Below, in pieces: positions 25,753-37,710 of a DNA stretch of 64,000 nucleotides. Both the position numbers and the translations under genes were made by a program. Each line of letters opens with the position of its first letter. The first letter of the stretch is position 1. The notes beneath the pieces were generated by a model that saw only the letters and a program-made list of their open reading frames with translations, did not search any database and was not told the origin of the DNA. The stretch is from contig NC_092380.1 in the NCBI RefSeq assembly GCF_030028105.1, positions 12,365,123 through 12,429,122 of the forward strand, read 5' to 3'. This DNA comes from Mobula birostris (Eukaryota).

Positions 25753-26157
25753 TTCTGCCGTTACACCGCTGGTGTTTAGGGCAGCAATGAAGATGCTCCA
25801 TCTCTGGTGATGTTCAGGGCTTCCTTTAGTGTGGCAGTAGCTTCCTCTCGGTTTTCACTACTGTCAGTCATGCAAATCCCGGCTGGAGACTTGGGAATAC
25901 CATCACACACAGATGTAGCAGGATTCTTCATTGCTGTTTCCATAACTATTTTGTTTTACCAGTCAGGGTCGTTAACTCTGAGCTGAACCCCTGAACCTGG
26001 AGGACCGGTGGACCACTCTCAGTCTGGCCTCTACCCTTTGACATGGTGACTAAACCAAGAGCCAAAGCATAAAGCCCTGACTCCAGCCAACATAGCTCTC
26101 CGGGTCATTGAGGCACGCAAGCCTCTAGCTCACAAGGTTATGGTCCTCTTAGGAGGA
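25753..26157 (-). mobile_element. Bipartite non-autonomous RTE derivative, copy D
   Basis: Reverse-complement of copy B over essentially its full length. Confidence 0.7.
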
Positions 26158-26899
26158 TCTTGCACTAAAGCATGACTCAAATTGTTCTTATTTGTGTTTT
26201 GTTTAAACCCCACGGAACAACAATTGAGCCCATTCTTTGGAACAAGACATTTTGCAGCGTTGAGCCCTGGGGCAATCTGATCACTGGTATCGATCAAATC
26301 CATTTATTATTAGAGGGTGGAGACTTTGTGTATCCGCACCAAGTGTCTGGCACTTGTGGACAGAAGCGGTCCTCCAGTCTCAACACTGTTTTTGCGTGTA
26401 TATGCTTTTTATTTTTTTTAAAAAAAGGTAAAATTGCTCCCTGTGCTCAGGTGGCAACCTTGCCATTTCCTTAACGTTAGTCTGTGTTAGGCGGCCAAGT
26501 GGAACTCGTGCAAGGAGCAGGCCGGATTCGAACCTGAGAATGGTTCGTGGTACCATAATTAACACCCCAGCCATTTCTACCTTCATTACCCTGACATTCA
26601 GAGTACATTTATTATCAAAGTATGTATGCAGTATACAACCGAGATTCATCTTCCCCATGGACAGTGGACATGTACACACACCTTGGTTAGGCCCCCCCCC
26701 CCGCCCCAGAATTTGTCATAACCAAGTCTGTTTAATCAGAGTGCACAGTGCCATGGCAACACCTCCACTCCAGGCTTATTGCATCGTAGGAATGGTCTCC
26801 ATTCCCAAAGTATGGACTGACCTGATGATTTCCTCCAGGAGTTTGGGTGTTGATCCAGGGCTCCAAAACTTGCAGGCACCATCTTCTGATTTTTAATAG

Positions 26900-27655
26900 T
26901 GGTTGGCAGTCCATCTTAATGGAGCATTACTACCACCAACTGGACTGGAGTGTGGTGCAGCGAATTAGGGAAGAAAACCCTTACTACTTCTCTTTCAAAT
27001 AAAGGTTCCATTACCCTGAAAAGCCCTATGTAATGAAATTCAATACTGTGCATTAGTCATTCCCATAAGATATTTTTCAAATGAAAACTATCAACCCCAA
27101 AAGATTGTAATGAAGCCTGCATTTGATCTTTCAACCTTGTATGCTTCACACTAATATGTTCAAATCTTTCATAATGATGAAAGAAACCTACACATCCCAG
27201 AATGTTTTCCAAGATACAAGGAATAATTAAGCACAGAATGCCCAAGTCTAAGTCATGACAAAATATTTCCTTCCCTCCTTGTTTTACCCTTTTCTCCCAT
27301 AAATGCAGGTTTTATATGTATTCTGTAAAGGTGTCTCCCTTTATGCCCACTATCCCACAAATCTAGAAATCTTACCACTGGACACTTCAAGAATCTGACC
27401 ATAAAATTTAAAATAATCCTCTTTGTAAGACACAACTTATTATGAGTTTTAGCTGAGAGCTTTAATCCCCATCCATATGCCCACTGTTTGAATTTATTAA
27501 TTGCTAATTGCATCCTATATCCAGTAAAATAGAAATTTCTACCTCTAATGCATAAAGCTCCATCATCCGCATATAGTGATTTACCCATCCCAGAGAAAAT
27601 GCCATTAATGATATGTGGCCCCGCACTATGGTGCATAACAAGTTGGGCTCGCTAG
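26900..27655 (-). mobile_element. I/Nimb-clade LINE fragment
   Basis: SLYADDGALCIRGRN...WAYGWGLKLS RT motif; 3' end CACACTCCAGTCCAGTTGGTGGTAGTAATGC. Confidence 0.65.
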
Positions 27656-27744
27656 CTATCTCTGACTAACTGCCACAGGACTCAACAATGCATGGGCAGT
27701 GGTGAGACGGCTATCTCCAATAAACAACACCTCTGGGGTTGGTA

Positions 27745-28486
27745 TGCAACACAAACAGGAAAGCTGGAATGTTCCGTCAAGGGAACAAAAATTATGGTGA
27801 ATGCTGTACAAATACTGCCCCATTGAAAAGTTATTGTTCGTTAGGAAATAACAAAACTTACACCAGTATAAACAAAGTGGAAGTATATTTACAGAAACAG
27901 TTAACAGAAAAGGGCCCATTACAGTTAAACCAGTCTATAACGTGCACATAAACAGTGGAGCTCATTGCTGGATAGGCAGGTGCTTTGCTTTAATTACTCA
28001 CAGCACTGAATCTACGTTCTGCATGAAAGGCACCAGCCATGATCCGAATTTTCCTTGAAGTCCATAACGAACGAACTGGCTAGCTCAGAAGTAGTATTGG
28101 CACTTCCTCCATGGAGCCATTTGTCTGCACAAAGAATTTCTTACAACGGTGTCTGTCCTTCAGGCGGGGTTCCGTGAGCATCCTCCATTGGGCTCCTCTC
28201 TGCACCTCACTCCTTCCCCAAGCGCCGCAAAAGAGCCTCTAGTAACTGGATGCTGCCAATCTCTCTCAAATGTTCTGTTGCATTCCACTAGGCAGATCAT
28301 CATCAAGACAAACCCAACCGGCTGATACAACATTCCTAAGCTAATCAAATGACTCAAAGCGAAACACTGGACTGTAAAATTTGATTAACAGAACACACTG
28401 CGTTTTACAAAAATCGGCAGAAAATAAAATACCCAACAGCATAACTGTAGTAATACAATAAAACTGTTCTTAACCAGGATGTTACA
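27745..28486 (-). repeat. 3' LTR of the Gypsy element
   Basis: Begins TGTAACA right after the polypurine tract; 28246-28486 aligns by eye with 33107-33354; putative far end at TGCAAC (27745). Confidence 0.7.
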
Positions 28487-31400
28487 TTCTCCCCCCAGCA
28501 AAATTAGTCATGTCTTCATGATGTTGTAAGCCTTTGGAACTTGTTCAATACATTATTAATAACACAGCACTTGTACTAAGTAACACAAAATTATGTTTTC
28601 ACCTATGCTCTGAGAGTATTCAGGGTGTGAATAAAGCATTCAAATGAATTGTGAGAATACAAGGACCTCCAATCCATTTGTAAATGGAATTAACATATCT
28701 CGCCATTGGGACTGGTTCAACACTGTTACCCAGATGCATTATGTGCCAGCCTCTCTGAAGGTTTCCTGAATCTGAGACCTATCTCAGTTTCTTTTGTCTC
28801 ATCCTCTCCTTGTAACTGTTCACATTTACCTAGGGATGCCTTACCATGACTGTCACTCATACCTTCCTGCAACTCATTTCCTCCTGCACTCCCCCGACCA
28901 AACTAGGCTTAATCTCCAATTGTATTTACGCCCAATTCCCCTGTGCTGTCTACTATCATGCTTGCCTGTCCAATGTTTGTCCTCCCCACTAGATCCAGGT
29001 CTGGACGGGAAGATGCAGACATCTCGTCATGGTAAGTTTGCATAAGGCAAGGCGTACCACAATCCAGTTTGCATAAGGCAAGGCAATTCTTCATCCTCAG
29101 TCTGTACAGCATTCAGTGGGTTCTTCTGGTTTCACTTCAGGCCTTTCCACTGAAATCACACCGTTGTCTGCCTTATCCTCAGCTTGTTGCCTTTCTTTTC
29201 TCCTTCTCCTTTGCAGAGTTCTTTTACCAGGTGTAGGCGTTGTGTCAGCCCTTGGGCCAACGTGCACTCCCTGCCCCAGACGTAAATGATGATTCTGAGG
29301 GAGACTTTTGATAGGACCATTCCTATCTCCTGGCTTCAACCGGAAAATTGGCTAATTTGGCATCCGGCTCTGGCTGGGTAGAAACGCAGCAGTCAGCCAG
29401 CTTGTAGGCCCAAATGTCTTAATAGAACTATCTCCAGGCATCAGTTGAAAGAACTTGATCTTTTGATTATATCTCTTCTTCTTTTGTTTGATAGCTGAAA
29501 CTGCTGCTAGCTCAAACTTTTTGCAGTTCTTTCCACATCACATACTTGAGATACGTCTTCTGTGGCAAGTCCTCATCAGCGGTCCCAAAGCAAAAGATCC
29601 ACAGATAATCTCGCTTCATCTCCGAAACTGAAATAGTACGGCGAGTAGCCAGTGGCTTAATTCTGAGTACAGTTGTAGCAGTATACCAAATATCCCATAT
29701 GCTGGTTCCACTTACTCTTTTTGTTGGCATCCACAGTTCCAGTCATGTCTAGCAATGTCCTGTTGAATCTTTCAGGCTGAGGATCACTTTGAGGGTGATA
29801 TTGTGTAGTAGTCCTCAACTTCGATTCCAAGCATGTTCAGTAACTCATTTATGAGGCAACTTCCAAAAATCCCTTCCCCGATCACTGTGTACCCTTCTTG
29901 GGAGGCCATAATGAATAAAATTTGTCCCATAACAGTTTTGCAACTGTGGATGCTCTCTGATACTTTGTGGAAAAGGCTTGCACACATCAGGTGTAGTCAG
30001 TGATGACCAAGACATTCGCAGCATTACTGGAATCAGGCTCACTAAACCAAGTGGTCCTGTGCTTTGTCGATGAGACAAGGGAGCAACTCGTCCTACTCTG
30101 AATACAAAAGATGCACAACTTAATCTTCAGGCTTCATCTGTGGCCAAAGAACTGATCTCTGACCAATCCATAGGTCTTGTCAAATTCCAAATGATCTGAG
30201 CCATCATGAAGTGACCTCAGTACAATCATCTGGTACTTCTCAGGCAAAACCAATTGGAATATCAAGTCATATAGAACTTAGTTCCTCAACTCCAGTTTGT
30301 CCCACTCCCTCATCAGTAGGGGTGTGGTAGGGTATTTTGTCTTCTCAGTTTTGGCCAGCAGATGACCAGATGTCACCTATGCAAGGTCTTGCTGTGCTGC
30401 TGCCAGTTCAGCAGGACTCAAGGCGGGCAACTGCTTCATATTCAGCATGGTCAGGTTGCAATAGGCTTGTGGAATGGCATGGCAAGAAGCTTCCAAATGA
30501 TCAACAGCTCTCTCAGGCCGAAGTCTTTGCTCTGATTTTCCAACTGTGCAAAACTGACACATTGCTTTAACACCAAAGGCAGGAATGTCCTCTCACTCTC
30601 TCCCTGTTGCCGGCTTCCCGGCATGTATTCAAGACTGATATCATAAACAGACATCACTGCCAACCAGCAATCCGATTTTGCCAACATCAAAATACAAGTT
30701 AGTGGATTGTTGTCGGTCCTTCCCTCGAACTTGGCACCTTATAGTCACTTAATTCGTCTACCACTGCCCATTTCAATACCAGAAACTCCAATTTGTACAC
30801 AGCAGGGCGGTTCCATTCACATGGTGACAAACTCTGGCTGATGAAAGCAACACATCTCAACTCCCTACCTTGGCCTCGATATAAAATGCCACTTAATCCT
30901 TCACAGCTTGAGTCTGTGCGCGGTACATACAGCAACTGGGGGTTTGCAAAGGCAACTGTTGACTATTTACTCTTTTCCAAAGGTGCTACCTGCCCGAGTT
31001 CCTCCAGCATTTTGTTTGTGTTGCCTGGATCTCTAGCATCTGCAATTTCCTTATTTGTCTCCAAGATCTGAGACATTGAACCAATTTACTCCACTCTGGT
31101 GGTCAGAGTATCCTCGATCTGTGGAACAGTGTATTGGCCCGTTCAGTGTTGATAATCAACACATATTTACACCTTCCCATTCTTCTTCCTCACCACCATT
31201 ATGGGCGATGCATAAGGACTTCTTGACTCAGAGATAATTCCAGCTTCAATGGTAAATGCGTCAAATGCCTGTTGTAAAAGGATTTGTAAAGTAACTTGAG
31301 AACCTGTATCAAGTATGGCTCTAGCATGCCTTCAATCTGTATGGTGACATCAGAACTTGGCCTCACTAAGCCTTCAGGAATGGGATTTTGCAGCTTTGTA

Positions 31401-31855
31401 CATCGCTTGATACACTGATTGGAACATATTCTCTCTGGGACACCAGGCCATTCCCTTACTGGGTCCCTCTGAAATTTCCTGTCTTCCTTTTCTGTTTAAG
31501 CAACCTCTGCGTTACTTTCCGGCGGTTTTCCAGTCCTTCACACTCCTGCTTGAAACGTCCATCCTCTCCACAGTTGTAACAGAAAACACCAGTCGTCTTC
31601 CTGGTCAAAAGACCCTTTTCAGCAGCATTTCTCTGCTTAGCAAGTCCTACAGGCAGGCTGGGTTTCCTAGTGGGCCTGCCATGTTCAGCTGCAGTAATAG
31701 AAGGCATCAACTGAAATGATGCGGCTGGTATGTTTCTCATTTCATTTTCAAAAACCTCTGCTTGTGCGGCAAAAGGAACTACAACTGAAGACGTTACTGA
31801 CTATTGCAATCATTCCATTTCTCAATCATATTTTCCTTCTCTCTCACTTCTCCAA

Positions 31856-32686
31856 CTAACTCCACAAAAGATGGAGAGGGCGCATTTTGCAGGTTACTCG
31901 AATTTGTCGAGCAATCAAGTCGTGCTTTGGCGCTCCCCTCAAACATTTTATCTCAGCCGGTTGAACGGCCCCTTTACTGTACAAACGATTCAGCAGTTTC
32001 TCTAACCCAAAAAGGTAGTCAAAAAGCCTCTCTCCTTCCTCCTGGAATGTGTGCCTAAATTTCATTATAAGATCAGATGAGCTGTTCGTAGTGCCAAAAG
32101 TGTCTTCCAGTACTTGCATATCGTTAGCTGACATGACTAAAGGATTTCCTGCTTTTAATAATCTCACTATATCAGCGACCGCCCCCTTTAAACTCTCTAT
32201 CAATCTCTGCTTTTTCATATTATCTGAGCACTGCCATCCATCCAGTAACTGGGATATCTGCTCAGCATAAGTTTCTTTCCCACTGGGTGCAGGCTTGAGT
32301 CCAGGGAGCATTCTCAACCCACCACAGCTTTGGCATTTATCGATCAGTGATATAACAGCCAAAACCAGCTCAGAATTTACATCAGCAGCTGAGGGGACCA
32401 TTAGACTTCTCACATCAGACAGAGTCTTCCCCTCCCTCCGCAGAAAAGCGAAGAACTTGTCTTTAAAATCTTCACCCTCAGCGCATTCAGCACCCCTACT
32501 TCCATTTCTGCCAACTCGAAAGATACGGGCTGACCATAGCCCTGCCTCTCCAGGTAACCCTATCCTATCAGGCAGCGTGAATTCAGTTACGTCATTGGTG
32601 GTTTGTACTAACACACCTTTATCAACTGATTCATCAAAACGCCCATCAATCAGTGTAACTTTCCCCAATACGTTCACAGAACTCAA
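31856..32686 (-). pseudogene. PNMA-like gag/capsid ORF of the Gypsy element
   Basis: 276-aa ORF with LRML.G.KPAPSG.E.Y...W.CSDN.KKQRLIESLKGAVADIV...LEDTFG...FRHTFQEEGERL.DYL..LE.LL PNMA capsid pattern; frameshifted at both ends. Confidence 0.8.
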
Positions 32687-32839
32687 CGTTCTTTATAACA
32701 TTCTCATCAGTAACTCGGGCAGAAACCTTGCTCAAAACACAAGCATCTCGAGTGGATAATCCCTTCTCATCACAGCAGAGCTTGATCTACGCGGCATCCA
32801 CATTACAAAACCTTAATTATGATGCACCTTAAATTCCAC

Positions 32840-33092
32840 AAACCACAAACACGAGGAAATCTGCAGATGCTGGAATTTCAAGTAACACACATAAAAGTTG
32901 CTGGCGAACGCAGCAGGCCAGGCAGCATCTCTGGGAAGAGGTACAGTCAACGTTTCGGGCCGAGACCCTTCATCAGAACTAACTGAAAGAAAAGCTAGTA
33001 AGAGATTTGAAAGTGGGAGGGGGAGGGGGAGGGGGAGATCCAAAATGATAGGAGAAGACAGGAGGGGGTGGGATGGAGCCAAGAGCTGGACA
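32840..33092 (-). mobile_element. Penelope-derived short element inserted between the Gypsy 5' LTR and gag
   Basis: Purine tract, hammerhead motif and GATGCTGCCTGGCCTGCTGCG tail. Confidence 0.75.
32945..32980 (-). ncRNA. Minimal type I hammerhead ribozyme motif (Penelope pseudo-LTR)
   Basis: AGTT-CTGATGA-AGGGTCTCGGCCC-GAAAC-GTT-GACT: both conserved core boxes, helix II GGGT/GCCC, helix I AGTT/GACT, palindromic ACGT in place of helix III. Confidence 0.65.
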
Positions 33093-33456
33093 GTGTTCTC
33101 ATAGAAATTGGATGCCGCCAATCTCTTATCCAATCCCATTGGGCAGAATGTTACCAGAACAAGCTCCAAATGCTAATATGACATTCCTATAAGATAATCA
33201 AACGACTCCTTAGGTTAGCAGAAAGCGAAATACTGGACTGTAAAGTTTGATTAACACTAAACACTGCGTTTTACAAAAAACTGCAGAAAATAAAATACTC
33301 AACAGCATAAGTGTAGTAACACAATAAAAACGTGCTCTTAACCAGGGAATTGCACACAATATTTTAAAATAACGGGGTCTCTCAATCTCAGAAACCCGAA
33401 TATTGAAGTCTTGTCTCCTTTGCACTTGCTGAATAATAATCCTACTAGCCAGAGAC

Positions 33457-35350
33457 TTTTTTTTTCAATATTTTAATTAATTTTCTACGTAAGAGAATAC
33501 AGAGCTCAAGAAAGAATATATCAAATACATTATACTGAATCGCACATACAAACTCCTTACTTTATATTCATACAAATTAATTCATAATATTGAAATATAG
33601 TAAATTTATTATATGAGAAAAATCTAACCCACTACCAAGACCAAAGCTGATTAGTAAAGAAGAAAAACAGAAAAAATGTATATTATTAGCCATCATCTGT
33701 GCTTTAACAACAAATCAAAGGTTTTGAAAATAATTCAAAAAAGGTCCCCACAATGCTTGAAAGTCTTGGTTAGATTCAGAAATTGAACACTGAATCTTCT
33801 CTAAATTTAAACATGACATCACATCACGCAGCCATTGAACGTGAGTGGGCGGGACCGCATCTTTCCATTTAAGCAAGAGCGCCCTCCTAGCCACAAGAGA
33901 AATAAAAGCCAAAATGTACAAATCAGATTTCTCCAAAATAATACCCTTTCCTCCAACAATACCAAATAAAGCGGTCAAAGGATTAGGCTTAAAATTTACT
34001 TTAAAAAGTACCGAGGAGATTTGAAATACTTCTTTCCAATATTTTCCAAGACTCAGGCATGTCCATAACATATGAATGAGTGAAGCTTCTCCATTATTAC
34101 ATGTATCACAATAAGGAGATATTTCCAAATAAAAGCGAGACAACTTATCCTTGGTCACGTGGGCCCTATGGACCACTTTAAATTGTAGGAGAGAGTGGTG
34201 AGCGCATAACGATGAAGTGTTAACCAATTTTAAAAATCTCATTCCAAGTTTCCTCAGAAATTGAAGTCTGTAAGTCTTGTTTCCAAAGATTTTGAATTTT
34301 ATCTAAAGGAACACTTCTCATTCCCAGCAACATATTATAATTATTAGATATGGATCCATTATACAAAGGTTTCAAATTAAAAATTACATCTAGTAGATTC
34401 TTATCAGGACTTTTAGGAAATGTACATATTTGAAACTGTAAAAAGTCTCTTATTTGTAGGTATCGAAAAAAGTGAGTTTTGGGTAAGCTATATTTAGCCG
34501 ACAGTTGCTCAAACGAAAGACTTCCCTCCACAAACAAGTCCTGGAAGCATTTAATACCTAATCTATCCCATTCTTAAAAAGCCACATCAGACATCCCACT
34601 TCTCTCGGAAGTTCCGGGAGTCTCCCGCATATTGATAGCGGTTCCCTGATGCCCGGAAACTATATACAATATCCCGGAAATTGATTTTTTTTGAGGGAGA
34701 TGGAGAGCGAGCATCTTGATTGGTCTCTCTTCGTGCTAAGTAGACCTATCAGTTTTCTCTGTGGGCCGGCTTTACAGTCGACCTCAAAAATAATGACAGT
34801 GTTGCTCGCTGCACTGTTTGCAACAGTGACTTTTTTATTGCCCATGGTGGGTTAAAACGTAAACGACATGTTGAGGTAAGTTTAACAGGAGTCATTCATT
34901 CATTAACGTGGCAAACGTTATTTAAACTAGCTAGCTAGCTGCTAAGGAGCTACTCTATTGATGTCCTACGTGATGAGGTCAAACTCCCTGTAGACTTGCT
35001 TAAAGTTGTAATAGAATAAACATGATAATATAAGTACTTATTTTAATGTCACATTTTCTGCACATACCCAACTTGGTTTACAGATTAGACAAAATCACTA
35101 AACAAAGTATTACATACACCCCTGGAGGTCGACGGGGGGGCGGTGCTACCTCCCTGAACTGAGTTTTTGTAGGCTGGGATGTCTCCACATCTATCATAGA
35201 GGATTTAAAAATAATTGGAAAAATGGGACTTGAAAGAGAAAATCTCAATAAGGCAAAGTATTTTCGGAATTGTACTCAAATTGTCATGGCTGTTTAACGA
35301 CCAAATGGTCAGTTAACTTACTCAAGGATAAAGGAAGTGAGGGAGAGACT
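33457..35350 (-). mobile_element. L1 LINE 3' part (ORF2 C-terminus and poly-A), interrupted by a MITE
   Basis: ORFs 33715-34242 and 34220-34537: LQFKVVHR...SPYCDTCNNGEASLIHMLWTC zinc knuckle, FFRYLQIRDF; T-run (poly-A tail) at 33457. Confidence 0.85.
34588..35185. mobile_element. hAT-like non-autonomous DNA transposon nested in L1
   Basis: TIRs CAGACATCCCA...TGGGATGTCTC, flanked by duplicated (C)CACAT at 34583-34587 and 35186-35190. Confidence 0.75.
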
Positions 35351-35519
35351 TTAAAAGCCACCATCTCAACTTCGCCATTATTGCCATCCGTGAAGAACGC
35401 GGGCTTTCATTGGCTCTCCGTCTTCAACGTCACTGCAGATCGCCCAGCATGCCCCAGTGATGGAGACATGGCACCCCGCGATCGCGCTTTGCTTTTCTCG
35501 ATCGAACAGTTCCACCGGC

Positions 35520-35621
35520 TTCACTTCCGCCCAAGCTCGGCGTCACTTCCTGCCGTGCGCTGGTGCTTAAGCGACCCCGTGGCCATCCCTAGCTCTCTTT
35601 CGTCAGCGTCCGGCGCTCGAG
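35520..35621 (+). promoter_or_regulatory. RPS11 promoter with TCT/5'-TOP initiator
   Basis: Two ETS/GABP sites CACTTCC(G/T) at about 35522 and 35545, pyrimidine tract CTCTCTTTC 35593-35601, YY1-like GATGGCGG overlapping the ATG. Confidence 0.75.
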
Positions 35622-35636
35622 ATGGCGGACAACCAG
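35622..35636 (+). CDS. RPS11: 40S ribosomal protein S11 (uS17), exon 1
   Basis: ATG GCG GAC AAC CAG|GTAC = MADNQ. Confidence 0.92.
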
Positions 35637-35875
35637 GTACCGGAGGGCGGCCGGACTGGAGGCCTGGCCCGGGGGAGAGGCTTTGGCGATCGGAGACCCC
35701 CCCCCCCCGGGGGTAGCGGGTGTGAGGCTAGACAGTCCTGGGGGGGTGAAGCCGTGAGGGCAGGTTTGCTACTGGGAGAGAAAGCGTGGCCCGAGAGAGC
35801 GTGGGGCCGCGCCGTCAGGGTGTTCCGAGACCGGGTGCCGGGGCCGTAACCGCTGCCGTTTGCCTCCCTTCACAG

Positions 35876-36007
35876 ACTGAGCGCGCCTACCAGAAGCAAC
35901 CGACCGTCTTCCAGAATAAGAAGCGCGTGTTAGCGGCTGAAGGCGCCAAGGAGAAGCTGCCGCGCTACCACCGCAATGTGGGCCTAGGCTTCAAGACCCC
36001 GCGGGAG
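35876..36007 (+). CDS. RPS11: RPS11 exon 2
   Basis: [44 protein letters not shown]; cacAG| and |GTGAG. Confidence 0.96.
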
Positions 36008-36091
36008 GTGAGCACCCTGGGCTTGTGGCTCTGTTTTTGGGCGGGGGGAAGGGGGGAGGATCGGGAGAGGCTAAAGCTGAGGTGCCGGGCT

Positions 36092-36171
36092 GCAAATGAT
36101 GGTCATTCTCACGATGGTCTTCCGAATCTCTCCGGGATGCTGAAGACACTGCCTAATGGCTTCACTGATGC
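36092..36171 (+). ncRNA. SNORD35: Box C/D snoRNA SNORD35 (U35)
   Basis: C box ATGATG 36096, guide TCTCACGATGGTCT 36107-36120 complementary to 28S rRNA AGACCGUCGUGAGA, D' CCGA 36122, D box CTGA 36165, terminal stem TGCA/TGCG. RPS11 is an established U35 host gene. Confidence 0.9.
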
Positions 36172-37587
36172 GCCTCTCTGCACTCTCTTACACAAAGATA
36201 CTGGGGTAGCGCTCTGAGCCTAGATCCACCCTTCAGAAACCTCCTGGATCTCGTTGCTTCAAACCTGCTTGTGTCTTCAAAACTGAAATCTAAAAGCCGG
36301 GATGTCTGTTTCGAGGAAGTGCATCCCCTCATTTATAACATGATGGGGAGAGGGGTGAGATGCATGTTTCGCCATCAAATACATTGCTGGGTGACCTGAC
36401 TGTAATTGCAACACCTCTTAGCCCTTGCTATCAAAAATCTCTACGGCTTAAATATTCAAAGATTATGTCATCCGTCCTTTGAAAGAGTTTCAAAGACAGT
36501 GATCTAAATGTGACTTCACTAATTTTCTGTATAACTGAAGAATATTCTTGCTACTGTTTTGTTCAATTCCTCTCAATAAGTAGTATCTTTTTTAACTTTA
36601 TGTAGTAATTTGCATACCAGCCTTTTGCAAATCTACATGCATCTGCAGCCTGGAGTTCATCTTTTGCCATTTACTTCTAATGTTTTGTAACAAACTTTTT
36701 GTTACTTAGTTTTTATTTTTATTTAATGATCCAGTGTGGAATAGGCCCTTTTGGCTCTTCGAGCCCTGCTGCCACTACCCACTAATTTTGACTCTATTTA
36801 GCAGTTCTTTTATCTTCCTATTTAACCCATCACTTTATCTATATTCTTGTTGTGTGCTTTCCTACCTATGTATTAACAAATTTGGCATTCGTGCCTTTGG
36901 TGCCTTCATCCTATTCATTAATATATTACTGCATAAATTTTAGATACAGTTCTGGTTCAAAAGTTATAGTCCTTCAATAAGCTTTGAGTAAACATCATGA
37001 CTTGCACTAAGCATATATTCTGCCAAACATAGAACTGCACAAAACAGCAGTGAATTAAAACACCAGCCATCATCTCATCAAATGACAAGTCATGAAGAGC
37101 CACAAGACCTGCTCCTCTTGTGCAGATAGTGTGACGGTTGGTGGTGCTCTGGTTAGACCAGACCTGGAGTATTGAATTCAGTTTTGGTCTCTTTATAGGA
37201 AACACACAAAAGCTTTAGAGATGGCACTGAGATTTATCAGGATGATGTCTGGATAAGAACGCATGTCTTAAGGGGAAAGGTTGAGTGAGCAAGAGCTTTT
37301 ATCTTTGGAGTGTAGCAGGATGACCAGTAACTTGATAGAGGTGTATAAGAGGCAAGGATAGTGGTAGTATGTATCTTAACATAAGCTACAAAATATTGGA
37401 TGAACAAATTAGCATCTGATTCCCTTGTTATTCCTCTCCTTAGATGCTGCCTGACGTGCTGAGCATTTTGTGTTGCTCTTGATTTCTAGCATCTGTATAA
37501 CAGAATCTCTTGTGTTTATGATTCCTTAACACACTTACTTCATAACAACATCACCCAGTTGTGTAATGTGTGATCTTTTGTTCCTAG

Positions 37588-37710
<123 letters not shown>

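Larger units (their letters stand above)
27745..33354 (-). mobile_element. Decayed Ty3/Gypsy LTR retrotransposon with PNMA-type gag
   Basis: Minus-strand order: partial 5' LTR (33354-33107), gag (31856-32686), zinc knuckle CYNCGEDGRFKQEC, protease AILDTGSQVT (about 31300), RNase H KLEFLVLKWAV, integrase VHSDRGRDF...PERFNRTL, PPT TGGGGGGAGAA, 3' LTR 28486 to about 27745. The RT core is absent. Confidence 0.9.

Noticed and set aside
36338-36403. Second C/D-like motif pair (ATGATG...CTGA) in RPS11 intron 2
   Set aside because: No recognisable rRNA/snRNA antisense element, and the intron already hosts SNORD35.
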